The notes under the pieces: model-generated | What the model saw: only the letters and a program-made list of their open reading frames with translations | Told to the model about the DNA's origin: nothing | The model's database searches: none | Translations under genes and position numbers: made by a program | In this document: positions 18,416-26,051 of the stretch, piece by piece | Numbering within the stretch: the first letter of the stretch is position 1 | How the letters are laid out: every line of letters begins with the position of its first letter | Assembly: GCA_964621165.1 (NCBI GenBank) | Contig: CAZULC010000001.1 | Span: 268,281 to 332,280 of the forward strand | DNA length: 64,000 bases | From: an uncultured Ruminococcus sp. | GTDB lineage: Bacteria; Bacillota; Clostridia; Oscillospirales; CAG-272 | Direction of reading: 5' to 3'

Positions 18416-18467
18416 AAGGTGATGTAATTTTTTAATCTGAATTCTTTGGAGACTTACATATATTATC

Positions 18468-20372
18468 ATGGAAAAATTTGATGTTGCAGTTGTTGGTGCG
18501 GGTCACGCGGGAGTCGAGGCCGCTCTTGCCTGTGCGCGCATTGGGTTAAAGACTGCTTTGTTTACGCTTTCCCTTGACGCGGTGGCGAACATGCCCTGCA
18601 ATCCTTCCATTGGTGGAACGGGAAAGGGGCATTTGGTTTACGAAATTGACGCTCTTGGCGGTGAGATGGGTTATGCCGCGGATTTAGCTACCACTCAGTC
18701 CCGCATGCTGAACACCTCGAAAGGTGCGGCTGTGCAGTCGAAGCGGGTACAGGCTGACCGTCGGAAGTACACGGCTATCATGAAGTCGGTTATCGAGAAC
18801 ACCCCAGGGTTATACCTGATTCAGGGGGAAGTAGTCGACATTTTGGTTGAGCCGTCGGGGGAATCCGGTCGGATGAAGGTTGTAGGGGTTACAGCTGAGC
18901 CGTCGGGGGAGTACTCCTGCAAAGCGGCTGTTATTTCCACGGGAACCTATCTCGGCGGGCGGACGTTTGTGGGGGATGTGGTTCGTGAATCGGGGCCTGA
19001 CTCCACTTTACCGGCGAAGTCGCTCACGGGGAAGCTGGAGAAGTTAGGTTTCCGTTTGATGCGGTTCAAGACCGGGACTCCGCCGAGGATCAACAGGCGG
19101 TCCATTGATTTTGGCGAGCTTGACGTACAGGAGGGGGACGGGTACATTGTGCCGTTTTCTTCCCGCACGGACGAGGCGGCTTTGAACCGAATAAAGCAGG
19201 ACGTCTGTCATGTGGCGTACACGAATGAAGAGACTCACAAAATCATCCGGGAGAACATCAGCCGCTCACCCTTATACTCGGGGATGATACACGGGGTAGG
19301 TCCGCGGTACTGTCCGTCGATTGAGGACAAGGTGATACGTTTTGCGGACAAGGAGCGTCACCAGTTATTTGTGGAGCCGATGGGGGAGAATTGCAGTGAG
19401 ATATATCTACAGGGGTTTTCCTCATCCTTACCGGCGGACGTACAGGAGAAGATGCTGCGGACGCTCAAGGGGTTCGGACATGCGGAGATCATGCGGTACG
19501 CCTATGCGATAGAGTACGACTGCATTGACCCGCTTGAGTTATACGGCACTCTTGAGACGAAGCGTGTTGCGGGGTTATTTGGCGCGGGTCAGTTCAACGG
19601 GACATCCGGATACGAGGAAGCGGCGGCTCAGGGGGTATTGGCGGGGATCAACGCGTCGTTATACTGTCGGGGCATGGAGATGATTACATTACCGCGGCAC
19701 TCGTCGTATTTAGGGACGTTAGTGGACGATTTAGTGACGAAAGGCACGGCTGAGCCATACAGGATTATGACGGGGCGGAGCGAGTACCGGATTTTACTGC
19801 GTCAGGACAACGCGGAGGCGCGGCTTTCGAAGTACGGGCATTATGCGGGGTTATTATCGGATGAGCGTTTTTTTGCTGCTGAGGAGCGGACGAGGTTAGT
19901 TGAGGCTGAGGTCGAGCGTTTGAAGCGGGTGAGCATTGGGTCGACCAGCGGGGTGAACGAATTACTCCGTGAGAGGGGGACCAGTGAGATAAAGAGTGGG
20001 GCGACTTTAGCTGAATTAATACGGCGGCCGCAGTTAGACTATGAGATGTTGGCGCCATATGACGAAGGCAGGCCGGAGCTTGAGCGTGGGTTGAGGTTTC
20101 GGGTATGGTGTGAAGTGAAGTACGAGGGGTACATCAGACACGAGTTGAGTGAGGCGGCGCGGTTTGAGGCTGCCGAGGGGATGGTTTTACCGGCTGGTGT
20201 GGATTATACCGAGATAAAGGGGTTACGTCTTGAGGCTGTGCAGAAGCTTGATTTAGTGAAGCCGCGGACGATTGGGCAGGCGTCGAGGATTTCCGGTGTG
20301 AATCCGGCGGACGTAGCGGTGCTTATGATATGGCTTCGCGAGCGTCGGTGCGGTAATGCGGACAAGGAATAG
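18468..20372 (+). CDS. mnmG: tRNA uridine 5-carboxymethylaminomethyl modification enzyme MnmG (GidA)
   Basis: FAD fold VVGAGHAGVEAALA, NPSIGGTGKGHLVYEIDALGG, GPRYCPSIEDK and the C-terminal GidA-associated domain. Confidence 0.95.
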   Translation: MEKFDVAVVGAGHAGVEAALACARIGLKTALFTLSLDAVANMPCNPSIGGTGKGHLVYEIDALGGEMGYAADLATTQSRMLNTSKGAAVQSKRVQADRRKYTAIMKSVIENTPGLYLIQGEVVDILVEPSGESGRMKVVGVTAEPSGEYSCKAAVISTGTYLGGRTFVGDVVRESGPDSTLPAKSLTGKLEKLGFRLMRFKTGTPPRINRRSIDFGELDVQEGDGYIVPFSSRTDEAALNRIKQDVCHVAYTNEETHKIIRENISRSPLYSGMIHGVGPRYCPSIEDKVIRFADKERHQLFVEPMGENCSEIYLQGFSSSLPADVQEKMLRTLKGFGHAEIMRYAYAIEYDCIDPLELYGTLETKRVAGLFGAGQFNGTSGYEEAAAQGVLAGINASLYCRGMEMITLPRHSSYLGTLVDDLVTKGTAEPYRIMTGRSEYRILLRQDNAEARLSKYGHYAGLLSDERFFAAEERTRLVEAEVERLKRVSIGSTSGVNELLRERGTSEIKSGATLAELIRRPQLDYEMLAPYDEGRPELERGLRFRVWCEVKYEGYIRHELSEAARFEAAEGMVLPAGVDYTEIKGLRLEAVQKLDLVKPRTIGQASRISGVNPADVAVLMIWLRERRCGNADKE

Positions 20373-20399
20373 GAGTGGCGGTTGGCTTCCTTATAATTT

Positions 20400-20620
20400 G
20401 GGTGAAGTGGAGCGGGTGCGGGAATTTTGTTCTTCTTTTTCTCCTTTGGCGAGGAGGAAAAAGAAGCAAAAAGAGGAACTTTTTATTGAGTCTTGGGGTG
20501 TTTCGACTTCTGCGGAAGTCGACAAAGGGACTTTGTCCCCTTGACCCTAACAGACTTTTGAAAAAGTTTGATCAAAACTTGTGGCAACAACGTTTAGTTT
20601 GAAGTTTTAGAGATCCTTCT
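20400..20620 (+). repeat. Family B structured repeat, copy B2
   Basis: H0 CTCCTTTGGCGAGGAG, H1 TCGACTTCTGCGGAAGTCGA, H2 GGGACTTTGTCCC, H3 ACTTTTGAAAAAGT. It ends 30 nt before the cimA ATG. Confidence 0.7.
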
Positions 20621-20649
20621 ATATATTAACAAGGTGAAGTTTAACAATT

Positions 20650-22245
20650 ATGAAGATTGAAATTTTTGACACGACTTTACGTGACGGTGCGCAGGGTGCG
20701 GGGGTTGAGTTTTCCCCTGACGACAAGCGGCGTGTGATTTCTGCCTTGGACAGGCTCGGCGTCTCCTACATTGAGTGCGGGATGATTACCGGGGTGAACG
20801 ACGACCCATTTTTCGCGGAGCTTGGGAACATACAGAAAAGTCTCGTGGTCTCACGCCTGGTTCTCTTCACCCGCACCGTGAAGCCATATGTTTCTCCTGC
20901 TGACGACCCAGCGATAGTTGCGGCTGGGAACTCTATGGTTTCGGTTATTGTAATCTACGGCAAAGCTTCCCTTTATCAGGTTTCCAGTGTTCTCCGTGTT
21001 GACCCGGGGGAGAATCTACGGATGATTGAGGAGACGGTGGCGTATCTTCGTTCCCGTGGGAAGGCTGTCATTTTTGACGCGGAGCATTTTTTTGACGGGT
21101 ACTCGGACAATCCGCTCTATGCGTCCCTTGTTCTTGAGACTGCGATAAACGCGGGTGCTTGCCGTGTGGTTCTCTGCGACACGAACGGGGGCATGATTCC
21201 GGACGTGATAGGCCTGATAACCCATGCGATGGCTGAGAAGTACAAGAACATCGGGATTCACTGCCACAACGACATGGGCATGGCTGTAAGCTGCACGATT
21301 TCCTCGGTCCTCGAGGGGGCATGTCAGGTTCAGGGGACCATGCTGGGGATTGGGGAGAGGTGCGGGAACGCGAATTTATGCACGCTCATACCGGTATTAC
21401 AGCTGAAGTTAGGCTTTGACTGCATTGGGGAGCGGATTCGTCACCTTACTTCTTCTGCCCGGGAGATTGCGGAAGCCGCGAATTTAACCTTTGACGAAAG
21501 TGAGCCTTTTGTCGGCGGATACGCTTTCACACACAAAGCCGGTGCGCACATTGACGGGGTTAACAAGGCTCCGCAGACGTTTGAGCATATTTCACCGGAG
21601 TCCGTTGGCAATCACCGGAACATTGTGATAAGCGGGTTATCCGGTCGTGCGGCTGTGCTTGACAAGATGGAGGTGTACCTGCCGGAGGAGCATTTCACGA
21701 AGGACGACGCCCGGGTTCAGCGTTGCTGCGACTTGATTCGGGAGAAAGAGGCTGCGGGGTACGACTACGAGGACGCGGGGGCTTCGCTTGCCTTATTGAT
21801 TGACGAGGTTATGGGTCGGCGGCGGAACTTTTTCAAGCTTTTGAGTCTCAAGGTTGTCTCGGACGAGGCGGAGGTCAGCGGGGACAGTGAGGATTCGTCG
21901 GAGTCGGCTGGAGTTTTATCGGCAACTGCCATGATTAAAATTTCCGTCCGGGGGCAGACTGAGCTTACGGCTGGCGAGGGAAACGGTCCGGTCAACGCGG
22001 TGGACGAAGCCCTGCGGCGGTCTTTGGTGCGGTTTTACCCCGAGGTGGCGCGGATGAGGCTGACGGACTATCGTGTTCGTGTGCTTGACTCCAAGGCTAC
22101 GGCGTCAATGGTGCGGGTTGCGATTGAGTCCACGGACGGTGAGACGGTCTGGCGCACGGTTGGGGTTTCCTCCGACGTGATTAACGCGAGCTGGCAGGCG
22201 CTGAGGGATTCGGTGGAGTACATGCTGAAAATGCGGCGTGGGTGA
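20650..22245 (+). CDS. cimA: Citramalate synthase (IPMS/HMGL family)
   Basis: MKIEIFDTTLRDGAQG, HCHNDMGMA, and a C-terminal LeuA-dimer-type regulatory domain. Length of 531 aa is typical of CimA. Confidence 0.85.
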   Translation: MKIEIFDTTLRDGAQGAGVEFSPDDKRRVISALDRLGVSYIECGMITGVNDDPFFAELGNIQKSLVVSRLVLFTRTVKPYVSPADDPAIVAAGNSMVSVIVIYGKASLYQVSSVLRVDPGENLRMIEETVAYLRSRGKAVIFDAEHFFDGYSDNPLYASLVLETAINAGACRVVLCDTNGGMIPDVIGLITHAMAEKYKNIGIHCHNDMGMAVSCTISSVLEGACQVQGTMLGIGERCGNANLCTLIPVLQLKLGFDCIGERIRHLTSSAREIAEAANLTFDESEPFVGGYAFTHKAGAHIDGVNKAPQTFEHISPESVGNHRNIVISGLSGRAAVLDKMEVYLPEEHFTKDDARVQRCCDLIREKEAAGYDYEDAGASLALLIDEVMGRRRNFFKLLSLKVVSDEAEVSGDSEDSSESAGVLSATAMIKISVRGQTELTAGEGNGPVNAVDEALRRSLVRFYPEVARMRLTDYRVRVLDSKATASMVRVAIESTDGETVWRTVGVSSDVINASWQALRDSVEYMLKMRRG

Positions 22246-22269
22246 AATTAGGGCGGAGTTTGGGGTTGT

Positions 22270-22600
22270 CTGAATTTGGCGTTTTGGACTAATGCCCTTC
22301 TATAAACCGAATAATATTGTGTGGCAGAGTTTAAATTCGGACTATTGTCCCTCTGTTGGCTGTGCGATATTGTGCGGTGGAATTTATTTTTAGGCTATTG
22401 ACCTGTTGTCTCTGCAGTGGGTGAGTTTGAAATTGGACTATTGTCGCTCTATAAGCAGAATGATATTGTGCGGTTGAGCTTAAAATTGGACTAATGTCCC
22501 ATCGGCAAACGTGCTATATTGTGCGGTAGAATTTGATTTTGGACTATTGTTCTGCTGTCTCGGCTATGCGCGAGTTTGAAATTGGCCTAATGCCATACCG
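22270..22600 (+). repeat. Family E tandem array: seven GGACnnnnGTCC-type palindromes in a 149-bp higher-order repeat
   Basis: GGACTA(A/T)TG(T/C)CC-like sites start at 22286, 22339, 22393, 22435, 22488, 22541 and 22584. Spacings are 53, 54, 42, 53, 53 and 43 nt. Each site is preceded by ATATTGTGCGGTnGAATTTGAAATT. Confidence 0.7.
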
Positions 22601-22760
22601 CTGACCTTGCTGTTTTTTGGTATAGAAAACCTTCCATATTATATAAAATTATATTGCCGCGGGGAGTTGGCTTTACTGCGGCTCGTGACTTGAAAATTAT
22701 TCATCTAAATAAAATTTTGTGCGGGAGAGTTGACTTTGCTTCCGCGGATTGGAGTTTGAT

Positions 22761-23816
22761 ATGTCTGATATTAAGCCTGTTGTGGTGGTTATTTTTGGCG
22801 GGGAGTCATCGGAGTATGAGGTTTCGCTCTCTTCCGCTACATGCGTCCTCGAAAACCTTGATTTCGGCAAGTATGACGTGAAGCTGATTGGGGTTACGAA
22901 GCGGGGGAATTTCTACCTTTACGAGGGTGCGCTTCCCTTGATCAAGCGTGACCTTTGGGAGGACGGGGACATTTATCCGGTGTCACTGGATTTAGTCAGC
23001 GGGCGGTTTTACGCTCACCGTGGGGACGGGATTGAGGCAATAAAGCCCGACGTGGTGTTCCCGGTGGTTCACGGGCGTTTCTGCGAGGACGGAACCTTAC
23101 AGGGGATACTTGAGCTGGCCCACATGCCCTTCATCGGAAGCGGAAGCACCTCCTCTGCCGCCTGCATGGACAAAGCCATCACGAAGGCTGTGGTGCGGAC
23201 GTATACGAATGTAAAGCAGGCTAAGGCTGTGGTTGCCCGACGGGGAGATGACGTTTCGGCTGTACGGGAAAAGTGCGAGAGGGAATTTGGGTACCCCATG
23301 TTCGTCAAGCCTGCCCGTGCGGGGTCGTCGGTGGGAGTCACTAAGGTGAAGTCGGCTGGTGAATTTGATTCGGCTGTGGATGTGGCTCTGCACGAGGACG
23401 GGAAGTACATTGTGGAGGAGTGCATTGTGGGCCGCGAGGTCGAGGTGGCGGTGTTTGAGAACCACGGGAAATATTTTGCGGCACACGCGGCTGAGATTAT
23501 CTCGAGCAACGCGGAAATCTACGACTACAACGCGAAGTACAACAGTGAAACGTCCACATACCGGCTGCCGGCTGACATACCGCCGGAGAAGATGGATGAG
23601 ATTCGCGCGCAGGCTCTGGAAGTATTCAAGGCGATGGACTGCCGGTCGTTATCGCGGGTGGACTTTTTCTACACGGAGGTTGGCGAGCTGGTGTTCAACG
23701 AGATAAATACGCTTCCCGGGTTTACCACAATTTCCATGTACCCGAAGATGATGATGAACGAGGGCATGAGCTACGCGGAGCTTGTGGAGAAGCTGATTGG
23801 GACGGCGCATGAGTGA
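22761..23816 (+). CDS. ddl: D-alanine--D-alanine ligase
   Basis: VVVIFGGESSEYEVSLSS, ATP-grasp core and EINTLPGFT. ATG 22761 sits 6 nt after GGAG. Confidence 0.95.
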   Translation: MSDIKPVVVVIFGGESSEYEVSLSSATCVLENLDFGKYDVKLIGVTKRGNFYLYEGALPLIKRDLWEDGDIYPVSLDLVSGRFYAHRGDGIEAIKPDVVFPVVHGRFCEDGTLQGILELAHMPFIGSGSTSSAACMDKAITKAVVRTYTNVKQAKAVVARRGDDVSAVREKCEREFGYPMFVKPARAGSSVGVTKVKSAGEFDSAVDVALHEDGKYIVEECIVGREVEVAVFENHGKYFAAHAAEIISSNAEIYDYNAKYNSETSTYRLPADIPPEKMDEIRAQALEVFKAMDCRSLSRVDFFYTEVGELVFNEINTLPGFTTISMYPKMMMNEGMSYAELVEKLIGTAHE

Positions 23817-23960
23817 GATGAGGTAAAAAAGGGGAAGATTTGAGTCAGGATGAGATTTATTCTTATTCCACTGCGGAGGGCGGCAGATTAAATCAGCATT
23901 TGAATTTCGAATCAAATAAAAGCGGGATTGAATCCCGTAACAAAAAAAGGAGGACATACC

Positions 23961-25643
23961 ATGTCTATCTTATTCAAGACGATCTCATCTATGGAGAAGT
24001 GTTTTCTTGACGAAGACTTTTCTTCCAAGGCGGAGTATTCTTCGGGGAGCTGCCTATTGGGAGAGGAGTTTGCTTTTCAGGCGGCTTACACCGGGGAAGG
24101 GTGGGAGTTTGACCCTAAGGCTATCCTGCACCTTGAGGTGGAGTCCCCTCTGTCGGACTATGTGACTGTGCGGACGGTTGAGTCGGTGCCGGTGCGGTTT
24201 CCGGCGTACAGCGGGGTTGACGACTATTATTTACGCAAAACTCCCGGGCTTTATCCTGACCTGCTAAGGCCTTTTTCGGGACCGTGGCGCGAGGTTTACG
24301 TTTCTCAGGGTCAGCTTAAGTCGCTGTATGTGACGGTGAAGGTTCCGTCTGACGGGGGCTTGATTGGGTTAGAGAGCGGCGAGAGGTCGCGGGATTATCC
24401 TGTTAAGCTGAAGTTAGTCGGCGGCGGCAGGGTCTGGGGCGAGTGTGAGTTCACTTTACACGTGATAAACGCGGTTTTGCCGGAGCAGAAGATGGTTGTT
24501 ACCGAGTGGTTCCACTGCGACTGCATTGCGAATTACTACAGGCTCAAGGTCTGGAGTGAGAAGCACTGGGAGTACATCGAGAAGTTCGTCAAATGTGCGG
24601 TGGACAACGGTATCAACATGATTCTCACGCCAATACTTACGCCTGCCCTTGACACTGCTGTCGGATGGGAGCGGCTTACGACTCAGCTGGCGGAAATTTC
24701 CTACGAGGGCGGCGAGTGGAGTTTCGGCTGGGAGAGGCTTGAGCGCTGGGTGAAGATATGTCTTGGCTGCGGGGTGAAGTATTTTGAGATTCCTCCGTTA
24801 TACACTCAATGGGGAGCCGCACATGCGCCTAAGGTTATGGCTACAGTTAATGGCGAGCGGGTGAAGGTATTTGGCTGGGACACTGACTCGACCTCGGCTG
24901 AATACCGTGAATTTTTGCGTGCGATGATTAAGTCTCTGCTTGACGAGGCGAAGGTTTTGGGGATAGAGAAGAAGCTGGTATTCCACATTTCGGACGAGCC
25001 GTCGGGGGACAGTCTGGGGCATTACATGGAGGTGAAGGCTCAGATTGCGGATTTACTTGAGGGGTACCCCATAGTTGACGCTTTATCTGACGTTGAGTTT
25101 TACAAGAGCGGGGTAGTAAAAAATCCGATTCCGTCGACGAATCATGTGAAGCCGTTTCTTGAGGCGGGGGTGCCGGATTTATGGGTATACTACTGCTGTG
25201 GTCAGACAGACAAGGTATCGAACCGTCTTTTAGCCATGCCGTCGCAGAGGACGCGTGTGATTGGTGTACAGTTCTGGAAATACAACATTGCGGGGTTCCT
25301 ACAGTGGGGGTACAACTTTTACAACAACCAATACTCTACACATGAAGTAAATCCATTCCTTATCACGGACGGGGACTATTTTGTTCCGGCAGGGGACTGT
25401 TTTGCGGTATACCCGGGGGATTCGGGTGAGCCGTGGGAGAGTTTACACATGAAGGCGTTCACTCAGGCTCTTTATGATGTTCGTGCGATGGGGTTAGCAG
25501 GGGAGCTTATCGGTCGTGATGCGGTTATGGCGTTGGTTGACAGCCGCGGGGAAGTTGAGTTTGACTTATATCCGCGTGACGGGGATTACGTTGAGTGGGT
25601 GCGGGAAGAAGTGAACCGTTTGATTGAGGGGGCTATTCAGTAA
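23961..25643 (+). CDS. DUF4091 domain protein (GH123-like glycosidase candidate)
   Basis: AAGGAGG lies 7 nt before ATG 23961. MSILFKTISSMEKCFLDE.. and the C-terminal WVYYCCGQ..GFLQWGYNFY resemble the DUF4091/GH123 family. Confidence 0.65.
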   Translation: MSILFKTISSMEKCFLDEDFSSKAEYSSGSCLLGEEFAFQAAYTGEGWEFDPKAILHLEVESPLSDYVTVRTVESVPVRFPAYSGVDDYYLRKTPGLYPDLLRPFSGPWREVYVSQGQLKSLYVTVKVPSDGGLIGLESGERSRDYPVKLKLVGGGRVWGECEFTLHVINAVLPEQKMVVTEWFHCDCIANYYRLKVWSEKHWEYIEKFVKCAVDNGINMILTPILTPALDTAVGWERLTTQLAEISYEGGEWSFGWERLERWVKICLGCGVKYFEIPPLYTQWGAAHAPKVMATVNGERVKVFGWDTDSTSAEYREFLRAMIKSLLDEAKVLGIEKKLVFHISDEPSGDSLGHYMEVKAQIADLLEGYPIVDALSDVEFYKSGVVKNPIPSTNHVKPFLEAGVPDLWVYYCCGQTDKVSNRLLAMPSQRTRVIGVQFWKYNIAGFLQWGYNFYNNQYSTHEVNPFLITDGDYFVPAGDCFAVYPGDSGEPWESLHMKAFTQALYDVRAMGLAGELIGRDAVMALVDSRGEVEFDLYPRDGDYVEWVREEVNRLIEGAIQ

Positions 25644-25682
25644 AAAAAGTTGATGATTTTCCATGATTGGCAGGAAATTCAC

Positions 25683-25711
25683 TTGATTTTTCGCGGTGCA
25701 TGTAGTATAAT
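25683..25711 (+). promoter_or_regulatory. Sigma-A type promoter upstream of Family B3 and the M23 gene
   Basis: -35 TTGATT, 17-nt spacer, -10 TATAAT. It would give a leader of about 330 nt containing all of copy B3. Confidence 0.6.
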
Positions 25712-25799
25712 TAATATGGATTAGTAAAACCTTGCGTTGCTATTGGCTGCTGGTCCGGTCAGGGGGGGTCCTTTGGTTCTGGGCTTTTCTTCCGTTTCG

Positions 25800-26038
25800 T
25801 TATTTTTCTTTTATGGATTGGATGACGGGGAGATGGTGCGGATTGTTCTTTGTTCTTTTCTCCTTTATCGAGGAGCAAAGAACCAAAAGAGGAACTTCTT
25901 GGAAGTATTGGGGTGTTTCGACTTCTGCGGAAGTCGACAATGGGACTTTGTCCACTTGATCCTAACAAGCCTTTGAAAAGGCTTGACCTAAACTTTTGGG
26001 CTGACTACGTTTTGTTGAAATTTTTAGTGATCCTTCTT
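25800..26038 (+). repeat. Family B structured repeat, copy B3 (full length)
   Basis: H0 CTCCTTTATCGAGGAG, H1 TCGACTTCTGCGGAAGTCGA (25918-25937), H2 GGGACTTTGTCCA, H3 AAGCCTTTGAAAAGGCTT. It ends 14 nt before ATG 26052. Confidence 0.7.
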
Positions 26039-26051
26039 ATTGGGGAATATT

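Noticed and set aside
20604-20612. GTTTTAGAG at the 3' end of Family B2 matches the start of type II-A CRISPR repeats.
   Set aside because: It is a single 9-mer with no repeat-spacer periodicity. Other Family B copies read GTTTTAGGG, TTTTTAGTG or AAATTTATT at this position.
22270-22600. Family E array considered as a CRISPR array (~37-nt repeats with short unique spacers).
   Set aside because: The spacers would be only about 16 nt and are themselves homologous between the two 149-bp super-units. Repeat lengths alternate (53/54/42). No cas genes or leader are present. It is better described as a diverged higher-order tandem repeat.
25668-25679. TGGCAGGAAATT occurs at 25668 and again at 27765, each shortly upstream of a predicted promoter. 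It was considered as a sigma-54 (-24/-12) promoter.
   Set aside because: The -12 TTGC element at the required spacing is missing in both copies (TCACT and TTTCC). It may be a small shared operator or UP-like element, but a 12-mer seen twice is weak evidence.
25850-25960. Small ORFs inside Family B encode similar peptides (..GVSTSAEVD(K/N)GTLS(P/T)) in several copies.
   Set aside because: Conservation is at the nucleotide level. Upstream parts of the copies are in different frames because of indels. The paired substitutions in hairpin H1 cause non-conservative T-to-N and V-to-F changes, which fits selection on base pairing rather than on a peptide. There is no SD or start context.
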